Of a stretch of DNA of 24,552 nt, positions 1 to 7,252 are shown piece after piece. The position numbers and the translations under genes are program-made. The DNA is from a virus. Taxonomy: Duplodnaviria; Caudoviricetes. The stretch covers positions 1-24,552 of the IMG/VR virus record IMGVR_UViG_3300032125_000017, one strand, 5' to 3'. The notes under the pieces were generated by a model. That model saw nothing but the letters and a program-made list of their open reading frames with translations, did no database searches and had not been told where the DNA came from. Within the stretch, counting starts at the first letter, position 1. Each line of letters begins with the position of its first letter.

Positions 1-8
1 CTCCACTT

Positions 9-140
9 TCATTTGCTGTTGATTATGTTAAAAATACTTCTGCGGATATGGTCTGGAACTTTAACTTTAGATAGGTCTTTAATGACGTTTCCTTTCATAT
101 CCACATTGATAATCCTACAGTCATCTTGTTTCTTGCCCAT
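9..140 (-). CDS. Small early phage protein, 43 aa (MGKKQDDCRIINVDMKGNVIKDLSKVKVPDHIRRSIFNIINSK), possibly BOW99_gp33-like
   Basis: Hand-translated, below the ORF track cutoff. RBS GGAGG precedes the ATG, directly after the rha stop codon. Confidence 0.7.
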   Translation of the reverse strand: MGKKQDDCRIINVDMKGNVIKDLSKVKVPDHIRRSIFNIINSK

Positions 141-142
141 AT

Positions 143-853
143 CTAAACCTCCGTTTCGGTTTTAGAATTAAGCTTCTTGATTTCATACGCTAATTCCATT
201 GAAGGTACCCACAATCCTGCTAATTCCATTGCTTCTTCAAATCTCAATTTTGGTATTTCTTCATAACTAGCAACTTCAAAATAGTTTTTTATTTCTCTCC
301 AATGTTCTGAAATAGCTACTCGATAAAGCAATTTATAAGCATTAGATTTTTTTCCACCAATTGCAGCCATCACATTCTTTTTAACTAATTGTGATAACTT
401 AGATTTTTGCAAACGACTCAGGTCAATTTCTTTCTTAAGTCCTTCTACGTCATTAAAAACCATATTTAAACGTTTTTTTATTTCTTTCTGAGCTTGTAAC
501 GTTTCAATCATGATGTCTTCTGGTTCAACAGGCAGTTTAGAATTCTGAATGTGCTGCTCCATTTGGTTAAACGCTTGAATATATTCCAATTTGAATTGCA
601 ACGCTTTTTTGCCAGTGAATCCCATGACAAGTAAAGAAAAACCATCACGATTCATATAAATAACTCGATACGCTTGTTTATTTTGTGGATGAATATAAGT
701 GTCTTCCCAGAATAGGTCTGTCCAACTTTGGACACCCTCTTTAAGGACATCCAAATCTCTTAGAATGTGTTGGTGATTCTTTCCAAAGTTTTCTGCGACA
801 TTTAAAGAACTAGTTACCGCCTGTTCATCTTTATTAATTACTAGGTTTGTCAT
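143..853 (-). CDS. rha: Rha-family antirepressor/regulator with C-terminal ORF6C-like domain
   Basis: Motifs TSSLNVAENFGKNH and MNRDGFSLLVMGFTGKKALQFKLEYIQAFN; C-terminal YFEVASYEEIPKLRFEEA; located after cro. Confidence 0.9.
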   Translation of the reverse strand: MTNLVINKDEQAVTSSLNVAENFGKNHQHILRDLDVLKEGVQSWTDLFWEDTYIHPQNKQAYRVIYMNRDGFSLLVMGFTGKKALQFKLEYIQAFNQMEQHIQNSKLPVEPEDIMIETLQAQKEIKKRLNMVFNDVEGLKKEIDLSRLQKSKLSQLVKKNVMAAIGGKKSNAYKLLYRVAISEHWREIKNYFEVASYEEIPKLRFEEAMELAGLWVPSMELAYEIKKLNSKTETEV

Positions 854-1122
854 TTGTTATCCTCCATTTCATTCTTTTCTAAAATAACGCTAAAAGCGGT
901 ACTGTTGCCAAAAAAAATATAATCTTGCGGTATGTTATAGATTTCTTCAATCTTTAAAATTGTTTCATATTCTAATTTACTGCTATCTTTTTCATAAATC
1001 CTTAACTTGTCACGTCCCATACCTAATTCATTTGCCGCTTTTTCTTGTGTCCAGCCTTTTCTTACTCTCAGGCTCTCTAATGTGAACTTTAAAAAGTAAG
1101 GCACTTTTTCTTTTGATACCAT
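850..1122 (-). CDS. cro: Cro-like XRE HTH regulator
   Basis: HTH motif TLESLRVRKGWTQEKAANELG; divergent from cI; RBS GAGGTG. Confidence 0.85.
   Translation of the reverse strand: MVSKEKVPYFLKFTLESLRVRKGWTQEKAANELGMGRDKLRIYEKDSSKLEYETILKIEEIYNIPQDYIFFGNSTAFSVILEKNEMEDNK
885..901. promoter_or_regulatory. Distal repressor operator within the cro 3' end (TAACGC-TAAAA-GCGGTA)
   Basis: Same half-sites as the operator at 1167-1183, in the opposite orientation. Confidence 0.7.
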
Positions 1123-1160
1123 CGTTTTATCTCACCTCTTTTTCTCTATCTGATAAACTT

Positions 1161-1189
1161 ATTATATACCGCAAAAAGCGTTAATGCAA
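1161..1189 (-). promoter_or_regulatory. Early lytic promoter TTGCAT-N17-TATAAT
   Basis: Near-consensus sigma-A promoter upstream of cro; its 17-bp spacer is exactly the operator. Confidence 0.85.
1167..1183. promoter_or_regulatory. Repressor operator O1 (TACCGC-AAAAA-GCGTTA)
   Basis: Imperfect 17-bp palindrome with related copies at 885, 1196 and 1238. Confidence 0.8.
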
Positions 1190-1195
1190 GTGTTT

Positions 1196-1212
1196 TTTTG
1201 CTAAAAGCGATT
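1196..1212. promoter_or_regulatory. Repressor operator O2 (TTTTGC-TAAAA-GCGATT)
   Basis: Degenerate copy of the GC-W5-GCG motif in the cro/cI spacer. Confidence 0.6.
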
Positions 1213-1229
1213 ATACGACATCATATTGC

Positions 1230-1258
1230 TTGTTTTTTTTTGCTTATTGCGGTATCAT
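1230..1258 (+). promoter_or_regulatory. Candidate cI promoter TTGTTT-N17-TATCAT
   Basis: Spacing and position upstream of cI; overlapped by operator O3. Confidence 0.5.
1238..1254. promoter_or_regulatory. Repressor operator O3 (TTTTGC-TTATT-GCGGTA)
   Basis: One consensus half-site (GCGGTA) with the same 5-bp AT-rich spacer. Confidence 0.65.
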
Positions 1259-1303
1259 TAATTTATAAATATTTTTTATCTACTATATAAGGAGTGGTTA
1301 AAA

Positions 1304-1942
1304 ATGCCAGAAGATATAAAAATAATTTTTTCTAACAACTTAAACAAATTGATGAATCAGCGCAAAGAAACTGTTACAGATGTTTCGGAAAAAACAGGAA
1401 TTGCTTATTCTACCGTTAACGATTGGAAGAACGGGAAGAAAATGGCTCGGGGAGGAAGCTTACAAAAACTAGCTGATTATTTCGAAGTAAATATATCCGA
1501 TTTGACGTCTAACGCTCAATTTAATAGCAAACTAAATAACATGCTGCCTGCAGGAAACACTGTAAGAATTCCAATCATCGGAGAAATAGCATGTGGGGAT
1601 CCCATTATTGCTGATGAAAATATTAGCGGGTATCGTGAAGAACTTGTTGACTTATTGCCACACGGAAATTTATTCTATTTAAAAACTAAAGGAAATAGCA
1701 TGACTCCTACTATCCCTTTAAATAGTTATGTAATGATAAGAGAACAACCTGAAGTTGAAGAAAATGAAATAGCTGCTGTATTGGTAAATGGAGATACAGA
1801 AGCCACCTTAAAAAGAATCAAACATCAAGGCAATATGATTATGTTAGTTGCTGATAACTCTGATTATCCACCATACATAATTACTGAAGATAACCCTGCC
1901 AGAATTTTAGGAAAAGCAGTGAAAGTTAGTTTTGATTTATAG
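1304..1942 (+). CDS. cI: CI repressor, XRE HTH plus S24 (LexA-like) autopeptidase
   Basis: N-terminal HTH; cleavage motif IPIIGEIACG; catalytic motifs GNSM and ATLKR. Confidence 0.95.
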   Translation: MPEDIKIIFSNNLNKLMNQRKETVTDVSEKTGIAYSTVNDWKNGKKMARGGSLQKLADYFEVNISDLTSNAQFNSKLNNMLPAGNTVRIPIIGEIACGDPIIADENISGYREELVDLLPHGNLFYLKTKGNSMTPTIPLNSYVMIREQPEVEENEIAAVLVNGDTEATLKRIKHQGNMIMLVADNSDYPPYIITEDNPARILGKAVKVSFDL

Positions 1943-2024
1943 GCACATAAATGCCTATCGTTTTCATTGCGGTAGGTTATAATAAGATCACATATTAAAT
2001 TTAATATGAATAACTATTTGGAGG

Positions 2025-2711
2025 ATGTATAAAATGTTATTAGGGATATTAGGCATATTATTATTTTTAGTAAGTGTTGTTTGGTTGGTAGTTTCGCTTA
2101 TCAGTAGAAAAGGAGCGAAAAAACCTTTAATATCTATTGTTACAGGTCTTGTCTTTTTCATTATTGGCATAGCTACGAGTACGGATGCTGAAGAAAATAC
2201 AGAAAGTGATACAACAATATCTGAACAAGTTACTACAAGTGAAAATGATATTGTGGTTGAGGAATCAGCAAAAGAAGAAAATAACGAAATTGATACCGAA
2301 TCGAAAGAGAAAGAAACGGCTGCCACAGAAAAAGAACTAACTGCAAAAGAGTGGGTTAAATCTCAAAAAAATAAAAATATAGATTTAGTTATTAAAGAAT
2401 ACAATCTATTAAAAAGTGAAGATATTAAAAATGAAGTCAACGAACAAGCTAAAGATAAAGAAACGACTATGTTTGGTAAAGATATAGAAATAACTGGTAC
2501 TGCAATTGAATTTTTAGAGGGTTCTAATGGTTTTGATAAGAGTTCTTTTATTGTTGAAACAAACGATGGAAACAAAGTGCGAATATCTGCGAAGACGCCA
2601 AACGAAGCATTAGATGTTGGAGAAAAAGTTGAAATTAAAGGTTCTCTGGCTAGTTCATTAGATAATAGTGATGAATATTATGTCAGAGAAGCTTCGGTCT
2701 ATATAAAATAA
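2025..2711 (+). CDS. Membrane-anchored lysogeny-module protein (2 TM, acidic linker, probable C-terminal OB-fold); possible superinfection exclusion
   Basis: Two hydrophobic N-terminal segments, an E/T-rich linker, and GKDIEITGTA...GEKVEIKGSL; lies between cI and integrase. Function inferred from position. Confidence 0.7.
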   Translation: MYKMLLGILGILLFLVSVVWLVVSLISRKGAKKPLISIVTGLVFFIIGIATSTDAEENTESDTTISEQVTTSENDIVVEESAKEENNEIDTESKEKETAATEKELTAKEWVKSQKNKNIDLVIKEYNLLKSEDIKNEVNEQAKDKETTMFGKDIEITGTAIEFLEGSNGFDKSSFIVETNDGNKVRISAKTPNEALDVGEKVEIKGSLASSLDNSDEYYVREASVYIK

Positions 2712-2798
2712 AAAAAAAACACTCCAAGCCGTCCAAAGTTGGGAGTGTTCGATCTGATATTACAAATATCCACGCTGTCGTGTGGTGCTATTTGTTAT
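2711..2798 (-). ncRNA. Candidate cis-antisense RNA to the integrase leader
   Basis: Minus-strand extended -10 TGaTAGAAT (~2804-2812), hairpin 2756-2801, and terminator hairpin 2718-2749 followed by a U-run. Confidence 0.5.
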
Positions 2799-2831
2799 AT
2801 CCTATTCTATCACAAAATAGGAGGAAAAAAT

Positions 2832-4262
2832 ATGATAACAGCCATTTATGTACGTGTAAGCACGGAAGAACAAGCAAAAGAAGGATACTCAATTGGAGAA
2901 CAAACAGAACGAATGAAAGCTTATTGCGACGCAAAAGGTTGGAAAAACATAAAGGTATATACTGATCCTGGTTTGAGTGGTTCAAACATGAACCGCCCTG
3001 CTCTTCAAAAAATGCTTACGGACATTGACCGCAAAGAAGTCGATCGGGTTGTCGTGTACAAATTAGATAGATTATCACGTTCTCAAAAGAATACCTTGTT
3101 TTTAATCGAGGATGTCTTCATAAAAAACGGCGTAGATTTTGTGGATATTACAGAAAACTTAGATTCATCTACTCCTATTGGTCGTATGATGATTGGTGTA
3201 ATGTCCGCATTCTCACAACTAGAAAGAGAATGGATAAAAGAACGTATGGCTATGGGTCATGAAGCTAGGGCTAAGGCCGGGCTTTATCATGGTGGCGGTC
3301 CAGCACCTATTGGTTATGATTATGAAGATGGCTTGTTAGTGTTAGACCCTTATGAAGCTATGCAAATTAAATACCTTTATGAAGAATACGCAAAAGACAC
3401 TTCACTTAGAGAGCTAAAAAGATTAATGAATGAAAAATATAAGACAAAGTATGGAGCATGGACTAGTGATAGCTCTATTAGAAGAAGTTTATCTCAGAAA
3501 TTATACATTGGTAAAATTGATTTTAAAAATGATACTTATGACGGTTTGCATGAGCCTATTGTTTCTAAAGAATTATTTGATAAAGTCCAATCAAAACTAT
3601 TGGAACGTTCATGGGGAAAAAGGCATGCCGGAAAATCTAGACCATTCACTGCTAAAAGTTTACTAACAGGCTTACTGTATTGTGGCCATTGTGGTGCAAG
3701 ATACTTTGGTCGTAGTCAGTTATATGTTTATAAAGATAAAAGAGAACCAAGACATTACTATACTTGTTACTCACGTTGCGGATACCCTGCGCATATGGTT
3801 AAGGATCCTACTTGTAAAAATAAAAACTACCCGGTAAAAAAACTAGATACAAAAATTTTGAATGAGATAAAAATTCTTTCTCTAGATTTAGATTCACTTG
3901 ATACCATGGTCACACGTCAAAATGAAACTTCTCAAAAATCCATTTTACAATCTCAATTGAATAAATTAGATAAACAGATATCAAAACTATTGGACCTTTT
4001 ACAAAATGATAAAATGCCGTTTGAAGCTGTTTCAAAACGTTTAGAAACTCTTAACACTGATAGAAAAATAATTTTAAATGACATTGATAACCTTAAAGTA
4101 GAACCAAAATTAGCGGTACCTGAAGCTAAAAGAATAATAACGTCTATTGGCGAATCATTTGATGATCTTGATTTAATTAAAAAGCGTAAACTTATCCATG
4201 ATTTAATAAACAAAATTACAATAACTGATGATGATATCACTATTCAATGGGCTTTTATTTAA
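2832..4262 (+). CDS. int: Large serine recombinase (integrase), 476 aa
   Basis: Motifs AIYVRVSTEEQ and VVYKLDRLSRS; recombinase domain; Zn ribbon CGHCG...YYTC; coiled coil. Start moved to ATG 2832 behind RBS AGGAGG. Confidence 0.96.
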   Translation: MITAIYVRVSTEEQAKEGYSIGEQTERMKAYCDAKGWKNIKVYTDPGLSGSNMNRPALQKMLTDIDRKEVDRVVVYKLDRLSRSQKNTLFLIEDVFIKNGVDFVDITENLDSSTPIGRMMIGVMSAFSQLEREWIKERMAMGHEARAKAGLYHGGGPAPIGYDYEDGLLVLDPYEAMQIKYLYEEYAKDTSLRELKRLMNEKYKTKYGAWTSDSSIRRSLSQKLYIGKIDFKNDTYDGLHEPIVSKELFDKVQSKLLERSWGKRHAGKSRPFTAKSLLTGLLYCGHCGARYFGRSQLYVYKDKREPRHYYTCYSRCGYPAHMVKDPTCKNKNYPVKKLDTKILNEIKILSLDLDSLDTMVTRQNETSQKSILQSQLNKLDKQISKLLDLLQNDKMPFEAVSKRLETLNTDRKIILNDIDNLKVEPKLAVPEAKRIITSIGESFDDLDLIKKRKLIHDLINKITITDDDITIQWAFI

Positions 4263-4265
4263 TTA

Positions 4266-4325
4266 TTTTTCCTATGTGTTATTTATAAGCTACCTCATTA
4301 GCCTAAAATAAACACCTACGAAAAA
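4266..4325. other. Putative attP site
   Basis: 26-bp inverted arms (20/26 matching) around ACCTCATT, starting 4 bp after the int stop; centre of symmetry is TC at 4295-4296. Confidence 0.75.
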
Positions 4326-4329
4326 ACGC

Positions 4330-4385
4330 AAAAAAAGAACCTACCTATTATATAGGTGGTTCTAAGCTTTAGCGAGTAGGACGAT
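4330..4385 (-). ncRNA. Candidate ~56-nt sRNA (cassette 1)
   Basis: Extended -10 TGgTATAAT at 4392-4400; terminator hairpin 4336-4363 with a U7 tail on the minus strand; no ORF in between. Confidence 0.55.
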
Positions 4386-4464
4386 AAATAAATTATACCA
4401 TAAATAAATCATTTGAATTAAACTGCGTATATTATAAGCATCACATTTAAAAGGAGAATATTAA

Positions 4465-4707
4465 ATGAAATTATTTGTAGAATATTTACCAGCAGATACA
4501 AGTATAAGTTGTTTTAGACATGACGGCTTAAAAATAGAGGCATTTAGATCCGTTATAAAAACACCTTATGTAGTTGTTAGCTACGAAAAAGATTCAAATA
4601 CCTACCCTTGCAATACTATTACTGATGCACGACATCTTACTGATTGTTTAATCAATGAATATTTGAATAAAGTAAAATCTGTTGAACAATTCTTCGACGG
4701 AATATAA
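4465..4707 (+). CDS. Hypothetical accessory protein, 80 aa
   Basis: RBS AAGGAG; own terminator directly downstream; no recognised family. Confidence 0.75.
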   Translation: MKLFVEYLPADTSISCFRHDGLKIEAFRSVIKTPYVVVSYEKDSNTYPCNTITDARHLTDCLINEYLNKVKSVEQFFDGI

Positions 4708-4719
4708 GTATATCTTGTG

Positions 4720-4743
4720 CTCTCACTTTTGTGAGAGTTTTTT
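4720..4743 (+). terminator. Intrinsic terminator
   Basis: CTCTCAC-TTTT-GTGAGAG followed by T6. Confidence 0.85.
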
Positions 4744-4888
4744 ACGGTATATTCGCTTTACAAAATTGACAGTCAACCAAGCTTATATGGTCAATTGTGG
4801 GATTATAAAGGAAGACGACTGCCGCATAAGAAAGTTATGTATTAAAAAACCCTCATAATAGCTAGAGATTTTTCATCATTTTATTTTT

Positions 4889-5776
4889 TTAATTATCAAT
4901 ACCTATAAGATGTATCTCTGAAACGCTTTCTTCTAATCCTTTTGATGGATCAATTGTCACTCTTCTTTGACAAGTAAAAGATTTAATGACCAGGTACATA
5001 TTTTTCCACTGATCTTCCCTGTGAAGATTTTGAGAAGTAGTAAATCTATACATACCTTGAGGTACATCATTCTCATTTTCAAATATTTCAATTTGTCCTG
5101 AAAATGAGCTATAGCTAGAATTAACTATTTTCCCTTGTAGGTTTATAACAGTTTCTTCAAGGTATTGCCTTTTTTTAAATAATTTAGCATCTTCCGTAGT
5201 AAATACCATATCATTACTATTTTCACTTTCACCAAAGCTAATTTTTTCAACGTTTTCACCATCTACTTTTTTTGCGAGATTAGAAAATATAGGAGATAAT
5301 TTGGGAGATAATTCTGATATAACAGGGTTTATAGTTAAGTCTACATTACCAGTTCCGTTATTAACAATTAGGATACTATCAGTAGAATTATCAATTTGTA
5401 CATTCACTGTTTTCCCCTCCTTTTTTGCTCCTAATACCGTTTTTAAATATGTATATGATGTTTTTACCATCTTCCAGATAAAATCTGAATTTTCAGCAAC
5501 TAGAGGAGCCATTGGAATAACAATTGCTTTCATTTGAATTGCTAAATCAGCAATAAAAGAACCTTCTCTAACATCGACTAATCTTAAAGATAGATTTTCT
5601 TTATCTTCATCTGAAAGCCTTGATTTATTCTCGAAATGCAAATATGTTTTATCGATTAAACTTTCAAAATCTTTTAGCGAGTCTAAAATATATCGCAGAT
5701 TGTAGCCTTCATTTTTTTCCAGTTCATTACCAGAAATATGTAAAACAATCAGTGTATTTTCTTGTTCATTATCCAT
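4889..5776 (-). CDS. Uncharacterised accessory protein, 295 aa (REGSF motif; possible C-terminal OB-like domain)
   Basis: Long AT-rich ORF with RBS GGAGG, between the lysin and attP. Confidence 0.85.
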   Translation of the reverse strand: MDNEQENTLIVLHISGNELEKNEGYNLRYILDSLKDFESLIDKTYLHFENKSRLSDEDKENLSLRLVDVREGSFIADLAIQMKAIVIPMAPLVAENSDFIWKMVKTSYTYLKTVLGAKKEGKTVNVQIDNSTDSILIVNNGTGNVDLTINPVISELSPKLSPIFSNLAKKVDGENVEKISFGESENSNDMVFTTEDAKLFKKRQYLEETVINLQGKIVNSSYSSFSGQIEIFENENDVPQGMYRFTTSQNLHREDQWKNMYLVIKSFTCQRRVTIDPSKGLEESVSEIHLIGIDN

Positions 5777-5818
5777 AGGTACCCTCCAAGTAATTATATA
5801 AGCTATACCAAGTTAAAC

Positions 5819-5882
5819 AAAAAAAGGCCAATAATACAATAGTATATCGACCTAATCAGCTTATATAATCTTTAAGGACTAT
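5819..5882 (-). ncRNA. Candidate ~64-nt sRNA or attenuated leader (cassette 2)
   Basis: Promoter at 5889-5917; G-U-containing hairpin 5825-5853 followed by U7. Confidence 0.55.
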
Positions 5883-5888
5883 AAATAT

Positions 5889-5917
5889 ATTATACACAAA
5901 GAACATACGTTTGTATA
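5889..5917 (-). promoter_or_regulatory. Promoter TATACA-N17-TATAAT with a LexA/DinR-like SOS box (GAAC-ATAC-GTTT, 5901-5912) in the spacer
   Basis: 7/8 match to the Gram-positive GAAC-N4-GTTC core, placed between -35 and -10. Confidence 0.6.
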
Positions 5918-5929
5918 TAAATTTGATTT

Positions 5930-5963
5930 AAAAATAACCCTACCTCAATTAAGAGATAGGGTT
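5930..5963 (-). terminator. Lysin/late operon terminator
   Basis: Hairpin AACCCTA.CTC-loop-GAG.TAGGGTT just after the lysin stop, with AT tails. Confidence 0.8.
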
Positions 5964-5972
5964 TTGTTGTGT

Positions 5973-6974
5973 TTAATATTTAATTTTTTGACCCACGTAG
6001 ATTTTATTAGCGTTTTTAATGCCATTTTTATCTTGCAGTTGTTTAGTCGTTACACCTAGTTTTTGAGCGATAACGGAAAGAACATCACCGGATTTCACAA
6101 TATAAGTTCCTTCACTTGATTTAGCTGCACCGCTTAATTTGATCAATTGACCTATGCTGATTTTATTAGCATCTTTGATACTATTCAAATCTTGCAATGC
6201 CTTAGTAGTCGTTCCATTTTTAGCAGCAATAGTGCTTAAATTGTCTCCACTTTTAACAGTATATGTTTTACTTGAAGATTTAGCAGCTACTACTTTTTCA
6301 ACCGGAGCTTTTAACACTAATTTTTGACCAAAGTTGATTACGTTCTTGTTTTTAATACCGTTCCATTTTACCAAATTATCAACGCTCACACCACTTCTAC
6401 TAGATATAGTAGATAATGTATCGCCAGATTCTACTGTGTAGCTAGAACCTATAATTTTAGTGATAGGAGTAGCTACTGCAACTGGTTTAGTAGAAAGAGA
6501 TACTGGAACATTCAATACTTGTTTATCAAACTGAACTAAGTTATTTGCTTCAATGATTGAAATAATTTTTGATTGATAATTTGGATCAGTAGCGTACCCA
6601 GCTTCATGAATAGCTTTAATCTGATCTTTATAATTTGTTAATCCCAAAGCTTTTTTATAACGACTATTTACGTTTAGGAAAGCACCGTAATCTTTAATAG
6701 ATGTTTCCCAACTTGGATAAGCTCTAAAGTTAGCAGTAATGTTGTACGTGATACCACCATACACTTCCCATGTCGCCATGCTAGCAGCGTTGCCACCATA
6801 CGAACCTTTAATACCAAACAAGTTATTGTATTTAGTTGTTAAACCACTTGTACCCCATGCAGATTCCAAAGCAGCTTGTGCAATGGCCACAGATGGTAAT
6901 ACTTTGTAAATGGGCCACAATTGAGTAGCCCCTCCTTTTACTTTGTTAATGAAGTTTTCTGTTTGAATACTCAT
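5973..6974 (-). CDS. Endolysin: GH73 glucosaminidase/muramidase plus three LysM domains
   Basis: Motifs IAQAALESAWG, NNLFGIKG and GYATDPNY; three YTVxSGDxLS LysM repeats. Confidence 0.95.
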   Translation of the reverse strand: MSIQTENFINKVKGGATQLWPIYKVLPSVAIAQAALESAWGTSGLTTKYNNLFGIKGSYGGNAASMATWEVYGGITYNITANFRAYPSWETSIKDYGAFLNVNSRYKKALGLTNYKDQIKAIHEAGYATDPNYQSKIISIIEANNLVQFDKQVLNVPVSLSTKPVAVATPITKIIGSSYTVESGDTLSTISSRSGVSVDNLVKWNGIKNKNVINFGQKLVLKAPVEKVVAAKSSSKTYTVKSGDNLSTIAAKNGTTTKALQDLNSIKDANKISIGQLIKLSGAAKSSEGTYIVKSGDVLSVIAQKLGVTTKQLQDKNGIKNANKIYVGQKIKY

Positions 6975-6976
6975 GA

Positions 6977-7243
6977 TTAAATTCCTCCTTTAGTTTGGTT
7001 ATAAGAATTAAAAGCTCCTACACTTGCCCAACCTGTTAAAAATCCTGTTAGCAATGATTCAGCAAGTGGCAAGTTAAATACCAAAGCAATTGCACCGAAT
7101 AAAACCATACCTACCACAAGAGCAAATACAATAACCCAAATACCAGATAGTTTACTATTTTGCTTTACCACTTCTGTAATTCCAGAAACGACTACGCTTC
7201 CTCCAATTGCTGACAAAATTAATGTTGTTAAAATACTTTCCAT
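6977..7243 (-). CDS. Holin
   Basis: 88 aa, mostly hydrophobic, immediately upstream of the lysin. Confidence 0.85.
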   Translation of the reverse strand: MESILTTLILSAIGGSVVVSGITEVVKQNSKLSGIWVIVFALVVGMVLFGAIALVFNLPLAESLLTGFLTGWASVGAFNSYNQTKGGI

Positions 7244-7252
7244 TAATATCTC

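Noticed and set aside
1954-1976. CCTATCG...CGGTAGG hairpin after cI containing a GCGGTA half-site
   Set aside because: The spacing differs from the 17-bp operators and there is no U-tail, so I cannot decide between operator and terminator.
1988-2575. Minus-strand ORFs 1988..2326 and 2363..2575
   Set aside because: Antisense shadows of the membrane protein gene with no RBS.
2739-2831. 31-aa N-terminal extension of the integrase in the ORF track
   Set aside because: The RBS and catalytic domain start fit ATG 2832; the upstream sequence is a structured leader.
2780-4240. Short alternative-frame and antisense ORFs inside int
   Set aside because: Fully overlap a well-supported gene and lack initiation signals.
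4330-5895. sRNA cassettes as a CRISPR mini-array, Racr or classical type III antitoxin
   Set aside because: Only two copies 1.5 kb apart, with no repeat-spacer periodicity, no tandem repeats and no recognisable CRISPR repeat.
5973-6440. Repeated DNA in the lysin 3' half
   Set aside because: Explained by the three LysM domains.
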